The notes beneath the pieces are model-generated. The model saw nothing but the letters and a program-made list of their open reading frames with translations. It was not told the DNA's origin and did no database searches. 64,000 nucleotides of DNA from Rebecca billardiae RCC1528 (taxonomy: Eukaryota > Protista > Haptophyta): contig OZ251240.1 of NCBI GenBank assembly GCA_965240325.2, positions 744,001 to 808,000 of the forward strand, written 5' to 3'. Position numbers and translations under genes: made by a program. Of this stretch, positions 10,505 to 21,406 are shown one piece after another; position 1 is the stretch's first letter; each line of letters begins with the position of its first letter.

Positions 10505-13175
10505 ATGGAGGGGACGGGCATCTACGAGCCGCTCACCCCTGTGAAGCCCGACAACGGTGCTCGCTCAGGCCGCTACAGCCGCTGGTGCTACGTCGCGGGC
10601 TTCCTGCTCGTGGTCGGGCTCGCGGCGGGCGGTGGCGTCGGCCTCGCGATGGCGGTGCGCAAGTCGCCGCCGACCGTGGGGGTGGAGCAGTACCTGACCA
10701 AGGTGGACGAGTTTCTGGACTCACGCCCGCGCCAGTCCTTCATCCCCAACGACGGCGCCCTCATGCAGGTCTTCGGCCCAGGCTCGTACGGCGGCGGCTC
10801 GTGCGGCAAGCTGTGCAAGCTGCAGGAGCCGTGCCCGTTCAACAAGGTGCGCGGCCTCTGCCGCTTCGACGTGTACGACAACGCGCTCGCGGCGATCTAC
10901 TACACGGCTCGGCAGAACTTCGCACAGGCCAAGTCCATCCTCGACGGCTTCCTCTACTACATGTACGTCAAGCGGCAGGAGACAAACGACAAGGTGACGT
11001 GCGGGCCTGAGCAGGGGCTGCCGTCCGGCCGGATGCTCAACCTGCTGGCGGCGTCGTACACGTCGGCGCGGGTGATCCCGGGGCAGTACGAGGGCCTGGG
11101 CGTCGCCGACGGCGCCGTCGACGCGGGTAACAACGCGTGGGTCGGCATCGCCATGATGCGGTACGCGGCGGCGACCGGCGACCCGTGCTACGCGACTGCG
11201 GGCTGCGACATGTTGTTCGCGCTCAACCACTTCTCGTCGTGCGAGGGGCACCCGCTCGGCGGCTTCCGCGCGCGGCTGGCGCCGTACCCGATGAACTACC
11301 GCTCCACCGAGCACAACATCGACATGTTCGTCCTCGCCTCGATGTGCCGCAACACGACGCTGGCCGCGTCCGCCGCGAGCTTTGTCGCGGGAATGTTCGA
11401 CAAAGATTCTCGCTTCCCCGGCGCGTACGCGACAGGCACGACGAACGAGGGCACGTGCGGGGACGAGCCGGCGACGGTGCGCGCCTGGCGTGGCCGGCTC
11501 GCGCGCCGCGCCGCGCCCTCCCCCGGGCGTGCGACGCGTCCCCGCACGCTCTCTCGCGCGCACGGCTGAGCCCCGCCGCGCGCGCTCGCGCCCGCTCCGC
11601 CCCGCCCGGCCGCTGCTGGCCGCGCCGCCACCAGTCGGCCATCCCGACCGACTGCCAGACGTGGAACTTCCTCTCGGGCGCGGACCCGGACCTCTCGCGC
11701 AAGGCGGCGAGCCTGGGCTACGTCGTCAAACCCAGCTCCGAGGGCGGCCTGTGGGAGACCGACGCCGATCTGATCGGCGCTCCGGACACGGAGGTGAGTG
11801 GAGCGCCGTGCGCGCGTGGCGCCGCAGAGCGCGGCGGTGGCGCGGCGCGCGCACGGACCGCGCGCTGCCTCCGCCGCGCGCGCAGCCCCGCGGCGCTCGC
11901 AGCGCTCAATGGCCCCGTGCCACCGCTGTCGCGCGCGTGCGCGCGCGCTCGCGCAGGCGGGCAAGGGCGAGAGCTACGTCGGCACTCGCTTCTCGAGCTA
12001 CGGCTCCGGCATCCAATGGGAGAACAGCGCAGGTGAGGGCGGGAGGGAGCCGCGGCCGGCGCGCGCGCGTGCGCACGGGGCGCGCCGCGCGGCTGCGCCG
12101 GGGGCGCGCGGCTGCGCCGGCGGTCCGGCGCGGCGTGCGTGGCGCGTATGGCCGTTGCGAGGGGCGCCTGCGTGCGCCGCCGGGATGGGCGCAGGGTGCC
12201 TTCGCGTCCGCGCCGATGGCATCGCTCGGGCAGACAGTCGCGAGCGCGCGGCGCCGAGCACTCGCCCGCGCTGGGCAGCTGCTCACGCAACACTCGCGCG
12301 CCTTGTGCGCGACGCCCCCGGCCGTTTGCCGCGCAGCGGCTGTGCTTGCGCTGCTCAAGCTGCTCTCGGCGCCAGAGGACGCGCTGCGACAAGTCATGTC
12401 CGACGAGCAGCTGGCGAACATGCGCAAGGTGCGTGCAGCCACGAGCTGCCCGCGCCGCCCAGGCTTGTGTGCTTCAGCGCGGGCCGCGGCGACGCGACGC
12501 GGCGCGCAGCGCACCGTCGGCGCGGGGGTCGGCGCAGGAGTGCGCCGAGGCGGGCGCGCCCTCCACGCCAAGCACCCCGCCCTCGCGTGACCCCCGCGCC
12601 GCGCACCTCCGCGCGCGCGCCCGCGCCCTCCGCAGGCGGCGAACGAGGGCCGCGAGTCGCTCAAGAAGCTGATTAACACCTATGGCGCGGTGCCCGCCTC
12701 CATTCTCGGCGGCAACTACGACATGTGGGCGTCGCGGTACGACGCGTCGACGCACTCGGTGACGCACCCGGGCGGCTCGGACGCCGGGCTCGGCTGGACG
12801 TACCTGAGGTACCCGCACGTCGCGTCCACCGTGTGGGCGGCCCTCGCGCTCATGTACCAGTTCGACGAGGGCGGGCCGACCAAGGACATGGCCAACCCGT
12901 ACGGCGCGAGCGAGGGCTTCATCGACGTGCTGTACAACGGCGACACGACGTGCATCGGGCCGCCGCCCGCGCCGGACCTGGCGAACTGCAAACTGTTCCC
13001 GCGCTGCGTCGCGGCCAATCTCACCGGCGACTGCTGCCCCGCGCCGGGCGGGCTCAACCTCGGCTGCTGCGACACAAAGTCGTCGTGCAGCCGGCATCCG
13101 CGCTGCGCCGCCGCCAACTTGACGGGCGACTGCTGCCCCGCGCCCAACGGCAAGAACCTCGGATGCTGCGAATAG
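10505..13175 (+). CDS. Membrane-anchored six-hairpin glycosidase-like protein with two C-terminal Cys-rich repeats; exons 10505-11476, 11635-11793, 11957-12032, 12337-12428, 12636-13175
   Basis: Four GT-AG introns join in frame. Motifs DVYDNALAAIY, GNNAWVGIAM, RSTEHNID, PTDCQTW, GIQWENSA, YPHVASTVW; N-terminal TM helix; two PRCxAANLTGDCCPAPxGxNLGCC repeats. Family assignment is inference. Confidence 0.7.
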
Positions 13176-13710
13176 AGCGCGGCGCGCGTGATGCGACGAC
13201 GGCGTTCGCCGCGAGCAGGCTGCGGTGACGAGCCTGAAGCAGCGAATGCGTGATACCGTAGTGCGCACGCCCGCGCGCTCAACGTCCTCGAATAAGGCTA
13301 AGCGGCTGCGCGCACGTCGCCGAGTGCGCATCGCCGCAGATGCCCCAGTGACTGCGACTGCGTTGTGCACAGATGAGTCAGCACCATCCGCCGCCATGGA
13401 AAACAGCTTGTCGATGATGAGCGATGATATGATGTCGTTATGACGACGCGAATAAACGTACTGCTGACGACATATCCTCGTCGTCCGAATTATTATTCCG
13501 AATGACAGGCCTGCCGTTGACTCAACGGTGACTGCTGGCACGCTTGGGGAATGGGGCTTGGGCCTTATCATTGGCTGTCTTGGCAGCGCGACGGTCGGCA
13601 ACGGAGTGAGTGAGTCCCGGACGGGCGGACGGATCGGCCGATGATGGCGATCGATGCCAACGGATGCGGACGCGAGCAGCCCATCAGCAGTGCCGTCGGT
13701 GGCGGCGGCG

Positions 13711-14988
13711 TCAGATGGGGCTCGGAGGCGTCCAGGCCTCGGCGCGGGGCGCGGGGCGCCTGTGCCCCGCCACGTTCCGGTGCCACCAGACGCACAGCCG
13801 CACGTACCACGGCAGCCGCTCATGCGCGAGGGAGAAGGGCGGCACAGCCGGCCCGCTCACCATGTCGGCCGGCGCGGTGGGCGGGTGGCCGGTCTCGGCG
13901 AGCGCGCGCTCGTGCATCGTGCTCGTCGGCCTCGTCCACAGCGTGCGCCACGAGCGCTCGCCGCGAGCAGCAGCCCGTGCCGCGCCGCCGCCGGGCGCGG
14001 CGTGGCGCGGCGCCGCATCGAGCGCGAGCGTGTCGAGCAGCAGCTCTGCCCGCTCCTCCGGCCCCATCAGCGTCATCGTCTCGCGGCCGACGAGGCGGCC
14101 GCCGCGGCCGCCGCGCGCGTGCGGGCTGCGGCTGCGCTCGTCCATCGAGTGCAGCCGGCGCACGAGCTGCTGCGACCAGATCGCGTGCAGCGCGTGCTCC
14201 ACCGCCGGCCGCCTCTCGAGGTGTTGCCGCAGCAGCTCTGCGTCCCACGTCACGAACACGACGCGCTCGGCGGCGACGACGTCCGAGTGCACGGCGTGGT
14301 GGGACGTGTTGAGGAAGGACATCTCGCCGACGAAGTCGCCCTCGCCGAGCGTGGCGACGATGCGCCTCGCGCCCACCACCACGTCCGCGCTGCCGCGCAC
14401 GAGCACGTCGAGCGCGTGCCGCCCGTCCTCCGAGCGGCCGCACGGCAGCAGCTCGCCCGGCTCGCACACCTGCAGAGTGCCCACCTCGAGCAGCTCGCGG
14501 AGCTGCCGCTTGGTCAGCCGGTCGTGGAAGGTGGCGTCGAAGAGGAGCCGCTCGTACTCGGTCAGCTCGATCTCCATGCGCGAGATCAAGATGCGCACGA
14601 TCTGCATCAGGTTGATCGAGGAGAAGACGACGTTGGCATAAACTGGCATCATGAGCGGCGGCGTGACCGCCTTGAGGTTGTAGCAGATGAAGGCGAGGGA
14701 CGAGCCAACCGCGACGAGGCGCAAGGGGAGGATGTCCTCCATCATCCACTGCACGCCCACCAGGCCGAACCCCAGCGCGCCGATGCCCCGCCACACCCAG
14801 TGCGGCTGCGATCGGATGGTTGTGGGCGTTGTGAGGGCGGCCGTGCACGCGGCTCCCGCCGTGGTGTGCGCGAGCGGCGGGCCCGCGGCGACGGAAGATC
14901 CGCGGCAAGGGGCCGCATGTAATGCCGCGCGCCAGCTGCCGCGCGGGCCGCCGCGAACCACTGCGCGAGCTCTCCTTAGCAGCAGCAT
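13711..14988 (-). CDS. Popeye-like / cyclic-nucleotide-binding membrane protein
   Basis: Three TM helices (MEDILPLRLVAV...NVVFSSINLMQI), ELTEYERLLFDATF, then the cNMP fold IVATLGEGDFVGEMSFL; first ATG at 14988. Confidence 0.8.
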   Translation of the reverse strand: MLLLRRARAVVRGGPRGSWRAALHAAPCRGSSVAAGPPLAHTTAGAACTAALTTPTTIRSQPHWVWRGIGALGFGLVGVQWMMEDILPLRLVAVGSSLAFICYNLKAVTPPLMMPVYANVVFSSINLMQIVRILISRMEIELTEYERLLFDATFHDRLTKRQLRELLEVGTLQVCEPGELLPCGRSEDGRHALDVLVRGSADVVVGARRIVATLGEGDFVGEMSFLNTSHHAVHSDVVAAERVVFVTWDAELLRQHLERRPAVEHALHAIWSQQLVRRLHSMDERSRSPHARGGRGGRLVGRETMTLMGPEERAELLLDTLALDAAPRHAAPGGGAARAAARGERSWRTLWTRPTSTMHERALAETGHPPTAPADMVSGPAVPPFSLAHERLPWYVRLCVWWHRNVAGHRRPAPRAEAWTPPSPI

Positions 14989-15116
14989 GGCGCCAGTTTG
15001 CGCGCGGAGGCTCCCTGGCGGCCTTGCCAAGCGCTTCTCCAGTGCGGATGCGCCCGTTTGAAGCCGCCGACACGGGCACACGGTTTGAACGCGGCCCCCA
15101 AGCTTGCTCGGCGCTC

Positions 15117-16982
15117 ATGTGGCCGGCGATCACGCTGCACGGGCCCGCAGCCGTGCTGCACGGAGGGGCAGGCGCGGGCGCGGGAGCATACGCTCGGACT
15201 CCGAACGCGCGCGACGCGCGCCCGAACCCTCCGCGCGCGCGCGACTCGCTCGCCGAGCTGCGCGCCAGCGCGGACGACCATTTGCACACGACGCTCTCGT
15301 CCGCGCACGACGCCGCGCGCACCACGGAGCTCGCGCGGCTCGACGTGCGCCGCGAGGCGGCCGCCGTGCGCGAGACACACGCGGCCGTGCGCGAGCGCCA
15401 GCAGGTCGCACGCGAGCACCACCGCCAGACCGCCGAGCTGATGCGCGAGCTCGAGGGTGCGCGCAAGGAGCGGCGTGACGCGGATGAGCTGCTGGCAGCT
15501 GCGGACCGAGAGGCGCGCGAGGGCGAGGCGCGCGTGCGGCAGGTGGAGCGCACGCTCGATGCGCTCGCCACCGAGCGAGCCGCGCTGCTCGCCGCCACGC
15601 ACGGTGCCCACGCGCGCGCCGCCGCTGCGCGAGAGGCGGAGAATGAGCGAGCGGCAGCGGTGCTCGCGGCGCGCGCGGAGCACGCGCGGCTGCGCGAGGA
15701 GCTGGACGCCGCAGACGCTGAGGCCGAGGCACTCGTGCGAGCCAACGCTGCGAACGAGCGCGGCGCCGAGCAGGAGATGGCCGCGCTCGAGGCGCAGCAG
15801 GCGCGCGCGCGCGCGGCGCGCGGTGCGCTCGAGCAGGCGCGCGCGCACGCCGATCGGCTCAGGGCGGAGGCTGACGCTCGCGAGCGCACACGAGAGGCGG
15901 CGCTGGAGGCGGAGCGCAGGGCGGAGGCGGAGGCCCGTGCGCTGCACGCCGAGGCCTCCGCCCTCGCCTCCGCCTTCCTTGACCCGTCCGCCTTGCCCGA
16001 CCGCGGCACGGGCGGCGGCGGCGCGACGGCCGTGGACACAGGCCACGGGAATCGGAATCCAGGTTTGATTCTGCGCGAGCTGGAGGTGGCGGAGGGCCTG
16101 GGCGCCGCGCTCGTGGACGCGGCGCTCGGCTCGAGCGTGGACGCGCGCGCGATCTGCTCGCACCTGCTGCGCGAGACTGCGCTCGCGCTCGACGCGGTCC
16201 ACCGCGAGCTCGGCGCGCGCACCGCGGCGATGAACTCCGCGCGCGGCCGCGCGGCAAAGCTCGCAGAGCGCCTTGCGACCGCGGAGGCGGTGCTGCGGGG
16301 CGGCGGCCCGCGCGGCTCGGTGCCGGCAGGGTACGAGCTGTACGAGGCGGCGGGCGAGGCGCACGGGGCTGCCGAGCGTCACGGCCGCGCGCAGGCCCAC
16401 GCGCACGCCCAAGGCCTGGCCTCTCTTCAGCCGGCGATGTCTGCAGCAAGCAGCGAGCCCGCGCCGCCGCCGGCCCAAGCCGCGACGCCGGCTGCGCCCG
16501 AGCGCGCCCCTGCGCGCGCCGCGTGGCAGCAGCATCCGACACCGCCGGCGGAGGCGGGGCACGAGCAGCCCTACCACGCGCTTGTGAGCTCGCTCGGCGC
16601 GAGGTCCGGAGGCCCAGCTGCTCCAGCCACCGAGAGTCTGGGCCGGCCGGCCGAGCAGCCGCCGCCCGCGACGCTCCCCACGACCATGCGCCCTGCCGCG
16701 GCCGTGCCCGCCTCGGCACCGCACCCAGCACCGCACGGCACGGGCTGCCGAGCGCTGGTGCCGCTGACCAGCGCGAACAGTGACGCGACTGGTGCGGAGC
16801 AGCCGACCGGTGAGGCGGCCGCCGGCGGCGTCAAGCCGGCGCCGCCGGCAAGGGGCTCGCCTCCGCTGTCGCCCGCGCGGCGGCCCGATCGCATGGCTTC
16901 GGCCGCCGCCGGGCTGGAGAATCAGCAGCCGCCCTCCTCACCCTTCGGCTCCATCATGGCCAATGTCCTGGGCACGCGCTGA
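15117..16982 (+). CDS. Hypothetical coiled-coil protein
   Basis: Long Ala/Glu/Arg heptad region followed by a Pro-rich tail; head-to-head with the Popeye gene. Confidence 0.65.
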   Translation: MWPAITLHGPAAVLHGGAGAGAGAYARTPNARDARPNPPRARDSLAELRASADDHLHTTLSSAHDAARTTELARLDVRREAAAVRETHAAVRERQQVAREHHRQTAELMRELEGARKERRDADELLAAADREAREGEARVRQVERTLDALATERAALLAATHGAHARAAAAREAENERAAAVLAARAEHARLREELDAADAEAEALVRANAANERGAEQEMAALEAQQARARAARGALEQARAHADRLRAEADARERTREAALEAERRAEAEARALHAEASALASAFLDPSALPDRGTGGGGATAVDTGHGNRNPGLILRELEVAEGLGAALVDAALGSSVDARAICSHLLRETALALDAVHRELGARTAAMNSARGRAAKLAERLATAEAVLRGGGPRGSVPAGYELYEAAGEAHGAAERHGRAQAHAHAQGLASLQPAMSAASSEPAPPPAQAATPAAPERAPARAAWQQHPTPPAEAGHEQPYHALVSSLGARSGGPAAPATESLGRPAEQPPPATLPTTMRPAAAVPASAPHPAPHGTGCRALVPLTSANSDATGAEQPTGEAAAGGVKPAPPARGSPPLSPARRPDRMASAAAGLENQQPPSSPFGSIMANVLGTR

Positions 16983-17064
16983 GTGGCGCCTGCGACGCTG
17001 GCTGAAGCGGGCCTGCAAGCAATACGCGCGAGTGGCTCGGCTTCGGCCGACGTCGACGACGGTC

Positions 17065-17473
17065 GATCCGACGACTCGCGGCCATCATGAATATGATCAT
17101 GCCGGCGTCATGCGAGACTGCGAGTCACTCAGTCAGACGTACGGTCACTGACACATGTCATCACTTGACAGTGACACGCTCGTCGTAACACTACTAACCG
17201 CGCATACTCATTACTCCGATGACGACAGACGATCGGTCCCGCATCATCGGACTTCATCCGTCTGTCTTCATCGGTCAATCGGGATCCGACGACTCGCGGC
17301 CATCATGAATATGATCATGCCGGCGTCATGCGAGACTGCGAGTCACTCAGTCAGACGTACGGTCACTGACACATGTCATCACTTGACAGTGACACGCTCG
17401 TCGTAACACTACTAACCGCGCATACTCATTACTCCGATGACGACAGACGATCGGTCCCGCATCGGTCAATCGG
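17065..17473. repeat. Direct duplication of a 181-bp intergenic unit (17065-17245 and 17283-17463)
   Basis: GATCCGACGACTCGCGGCC...GATCGGTCCCGCATC occurs twice with period 218 and looks identical by eye. Confidence 0.95.
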
Positions 17474-18712
17474 ACAATGACAATTCTACTAATCGACTAA
17501 TGCCGAATCAGAATGCTCATGCTGTCCCGAGTAGTATAGTACGGACTACGGCGTACGGAGTACTGTCTACTGACCTCACAGTAACTAACCCGATCGATAC
17601 CCGCTGCTGAGTGAGTCTAGCTGTGACCGAATAATAGCAGTGGCGAATACTGGCGAATGTGGCCTGCGGCTGCGCACTGGCCACTCTGGCGGCGGCACTG
17701 CAGCTGCAGCCTGCACTTCGCTGCCGCGGCACTGACGCGGCGCACGGTCATCTGATGAGCGAGCAGTGACTCAGTCAGATGCGAGTGAGCTGTGAGTGTG
17801 ACCGTAGTTAGTGTGAGTGTGAAGCCTGAAGGTGACTGACGCCAGTGACGAGTCGTGGCCGCGGCGCGCGTCACTTTCACTCACTAACTCACTCCGACTG
17901 TGCTTGGCAATAAGCCTGCCCATCGGCATATATCGTATTTATTACACGGCCTGACCGCTGACGGGCCCGGTGCGGCCCGCAGAATCGGCGAATCGCGGGG
18001 CTTCGGGACGGTGACGGGAGTCGGGGGCGCGGCGTGTAGACTGTAGTGGCCGGGCGGCCGGGTCCGGGCGGGCGCCCGCCCGGCGGCGTGCGCCGCTACT
18101 GCGCAGGGCCCGCGGCGGCGGGCGGACCGGCGCGCCCTGCTGGCTGCCGCTGGCCGCCGGGCCCGGCCGTGGCGGGCCGTGGCGGGCCGTGGTAGTACAA
18201 GTACAACCTGTTACAAACGGTCCGTGGGCGTGCCGATAGCCGGTTATACGTTATACGATCTATTGTCATTAATAGAAGTTGACGACTGTCCCCACGTAGT
18301 GATGAATACAATCTAGTTCAATTAGGTAATAATTGAGTTGTAATAATGGGCCTCGGGACCATCGGCGAGGGCCATCGGCTGCGGCGGCTTGGCCGCCACT
18401 CGCCCATTCCGCGCTGCCGAGGCCGTGCACGAGCCTGCGGGTGTGCGGGACAGCATGGCGCATATTGCGACGATGAAATGTGCACCTGCTGGAGGTAGTC
18501 GACTACAACAGGCTAAAGTCGTAAGCGAGATGAGGACGATCGCGCAAACCAATTCAATTGAGATGAGGACGCCTCTGTGCGGCGAGGAGCGTGCACTGTA
18601 CAACACTCCTCGGCTTCGACAGCGATGTAAACGCCGGGTGCGCAGGATGCCGAGGTAAAAGGAGCGCGCTCTTCCAGCGACGACTGAGCGCTTCCACATT
18701 CGTCGAATGAGC

Positions 18713-18946
18713 TCATTGTGGCAGCGCGGGCCCACGGTCACGGCGCACCAGCCTGCCGACACGGCTCACGGCACCCGTCGCGGTGCCCCACGCCCATTCG
18801 CGCCATGTTGTGTCAGAGTGCTGGTCCTCGTCGGGGTACTGGCGAGACTCGATCCAGGCGTTGGTGCGCTCCCATGCAGCTTGTTCGATGGACACGATGC
18901 GGTCCAGCGTGGACGGCGCGGGACGCTTCATTGGCGAGGCCGGCAT
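18713..18946 (-). CDS. Small hypothetical protein (77 aa)
   Basis: MPASPMKRPAPSTLDRIVSIEQAAWERTNAWIESRQYPDEDQHSDTTWREWAW has protein-like composition; no family recognised. Confidence 0.35.
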   Translation of the reverse strand: MPASPMKRPAPSTLDRIVSIEQAAWERTNAWIESRQYPDEDQHSDTTWREWAWGTATGAVSRVGRLVRRDRGPALPQ

Positions 18947-19316
18947 GGTTCGGCTCGTGCGCAGGGGCGTTGGGAAGTTGGGCCGGTGCAGCAAAGACGC
19001 CGCCGTTTTCTGACCGGCGCCGCGGCTCCGCTCCGTTACACCTCCGCGGAAGTTTCAGCGCCTTTCCTTGTACAGTATCGACCCTCCGCGGCGCTCGCGA
19101 GCGAACAACTACGAAGCCGAACCTTCTGAACTGGCGCGCTTTTTTCCATCGTGCGCTCCGCTGCTTTTCCTGTCGGTGTGGTGCAATAATAACTTTTGGA
19201 GGCGCAAGCCGGCAAGCGCCACGATGACAAATTTTAGTCTAGCGAGCGCTCTTCTCATTGTCATGTGTTCACGGGTCTCGCGCACGCCACCGACGTCGCA
19301 TCATACCATATCCTCA

Positions 19317-20411
19317 TCAGCGCGGGCTCGTCCGCTCGGCGCCACTCGCGCGCAGATGCAGCAGCTCGGCAAAGGCGCCCACGACGTGCGTCGGCCGAAC
19401 GGCCGGCGGCGCGGCGGCGAGCTCGTCGGCGCTCGTGCACCCGCTCAGACAGAGCACGCTGTCGAAGCCCGCGTTGTGCGCGAGCGCGATGTCCGTGTCG
19501 AGCCGATCGCCGACGATGCACGTGCGATCCGCGGACAGCCCGTACTCGCGCAGCAGCAGCCGCGCGATCGAGGGCGCGGGCTTGCCCACCGCGACCGGCT
19601 CGCGTCCACTCGCCGTGCTGATGGCGCTCACCATCGAGCCCGCGCCCGGGTACCGCCTGCCGCCGGCGATCAGGTCGAACGGGTCGAGGTTGGTCGCGAC
19701 GAAGGCGCAGCGCGGGTCAGTGAGATACAGCGTCGCGAGCGCGAGCGTGCGGAACGAGAAGGACAGGTCCTGCCCGACGACGACCGCGCCGACCGCCAGC
19801 TCGTGCCGCGCTGCCGCCAGCTCCGCCTCCGCGAGGGCGGCCGGGGGCATGTGCGACGTCGAGGATGGCTCGGCGGTGGCGGTGTGCGTGTCATGGACCT
19901 CGAGGCCGACACCACGAAGCTCCTCCTTCAGCCCATCCTCGCCCACGACGAACACCGCCTCGCACGCGGGCAGCTCCGCACGCACGTACTGCGCAGCCGC
20001 TGAGCCCGACGTCGAGATGTCACTCGCATCGACGCGCGCGCCGAGAGCGGCGAACTTATCCGCGTACGCGCGGCGCGATTTGCCAGAGTTGTTGGTGACG
20101 AATACGAGACGCTTTCCTCGCGCGCGCAGTGCGTCGATCGCCGCGAGCGAGCCGTCGATGGGCTCGGCGCCGTGCCACAGCACGCCGTCACAGTCGACGA
20201 GAAACGCATCGTACGCATCGATGACAAGGTCGGAATCCGCCTCGGCGAGAGCGGCGAGCGCGGTGCGAGCTCGTCTGCGCAACGGCTGGCCTAAGTGGCG
20301 CGCCACGGGAGCGCTGTGCGACGGATGGCCCGCGGCGTGAGCGACTGCGGCGGTGGCAAGCGTGCTCACGGACAGAAGCATCATCGTCGCCTCCAGCGAT
20401 CGTCCCGGCAT
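19317..20411 (-). CDS. PGP: Phosphoglycolate phosphatase / HAD class IIA hydrolase
   Basis: FLVDCDGVLW, VFVTNNS, FVATNLD, VGKP, IVGDRLDTDI, VLCLSG; start at 20411 or at MMLL (20384). Confidence 0.92.
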   Translation of the reverse strand: MPGRSLEATMMLLSVSTLATAAVAHAAGHPSHSAPVARHLGQPLRRRARTALAALAEADSDLVIDAYDAFLVDCDGVLWHGAEPIDGSLAAIDALRARGKRLVFVTNNSGKSRRAYADKFAALGARVDASDISTSGSAAAQYVRAELPACEAVFVVGEDGLKEELRGVGLEVHDTHTATAEPSSTSHMPPAALAEAELAAARHELAVGAVVVGQDLSFSFRTLALATLYLTDPRCAFVATNLDPFDLIAGGRRYPGAGSMVSAISTASGREPVAVGKPAPSIARLLLREYGLSADRTCIVGDRLDTDIALAHNAGFDSVLCLSGCTSADELAAAPPAVRPTHVVGAFAELLHLRASGAERTSPR

Positions 20412-20422
20412 GGAGGTCTGCA

Positions 20423-21406
20423 ATGGCGGCGAACGCTTCCGCGGCGGTCGGGCTCCTCCGGCGCAAGTCGGGGCGCGGCGACGCGCGTGCGACATTCCTT
20501 CTGGCGCTGCGGGCTGAGGAGGGCGACGGCACTGCGCAGGACGAGCGCGAAGCCTTTCGCCTGTACACCCTCGCCGCGGAGCGCGGCTTTGCCGATGCGC
20601 AGGGGAGAATGGGCGACATCTGCGTGGCAGCCATGCTTGGTCAGCCCGTGGACTTCGAGGCAGCCGCGCGCTGGTACCGCCTGGCGGCCGAGCAGGGCCA
20701 CGCGGACGCGCAGTACAAGCTGGGCTTGTGCTACGCAGAACGCAAAGGTGTGCAGCAGGATTGGGCCGAGGCACTGCGCTGGTACCGGCTGGCGGCCGAG
20801 CAGGGCAGCGCTGCGGCGCAGTACAGTTTGGGCTGGTGCCACGCGCAAGGCGAGGGTGTGCAGCAGGATATCCGCGAGGCGGTGCGCTGGTACCGGCTGG
20901 CGGCCGAGCAGGGCAATGCTAAAGCGCAGCACAATTTGAGCTTGTGCTACGGGCAAGGCGAGGGTGTGCAGCAGGATGTCCGCGAGGCGGTGCGCTGGTG
21001 CCGGCTGGCTGCTGCTGGCGGGTGCGCACATGCACACATCACGCTGGGAGGGATCACCCTGCAGGGTGAGGGAGCGGAGCGTGACGTGGAGGAGGGCGCA
21101 AGGCTGCTGCGCCGTGCCCAAGAGCTCGATCCCAACCTCCGAGATATAGCGTGCGATGCACTGGCTGCGGCAGCTGGAGAGCGTGAGGTGGTCACCCAGT
21201 GCTGCATCACCTGCGGACGCACGGGTCGTGGTCTGAAGAAGTGCGAGCGGTGCCACGTGGCTGTCTTCTGCTCGCGTGAGCACCTGCGCAGCTCGTGGAA
21301 GGTGCACAAGCCCCACTGCAATGCGTGGTGCGCACAGGCAGCTGGCCGTGAAGCCTCTGCGCCCTCTCACTCTGCCGCCGCTGCGGAGGTTGCGCCGGCT
21401 GTCTGA
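20423..21406 (+). CDS. Sel1-like repeat protein (6 repeats) with C-terminal MYND zinc finger
   Basis: AQxxLGxCYxxGxGVQQDxxEAxRWYRLAAEQG repeats; CITCG...KKCERCHVAVFCSREHLRSSWKVHKPHC. Confidence 0.92.
   Translation: MAANASAAVGLLRRKSGRGDARATFLLALRAEEGDGTAQDEREAFRLYTLAAERGFADAQGRMGDICVAAMLGQPVDFEAAARWYRLAAEQGHADAQYKLGLCYAERKGVQQDWAEALRWYRLAAEQGSAAAQYSLGWCHAQGEGVQQDIREAVRWYRLAAEQGNAKAQHNLSLCYGQGEGVQQDVREAVRWCRLAAAGGCAHAHITLGGITLQGEGAERDVEEGARLLRRAQELDPNLRDIACDALAAAAGEREVVTQCCITCGRTGRGLKKCERCHVAVFCSREHLRSSWKVHKPHCNAWCAQAAGREASAPSHSAAAAEVAPAV

Noticed and set aside
10189-10521. ORF upstream of ASNSD1 as an ASDURF-like uORF
   Set aside because: It has no prefoldin-like coiled-coil character and overlaps the neighbouring gene's start.
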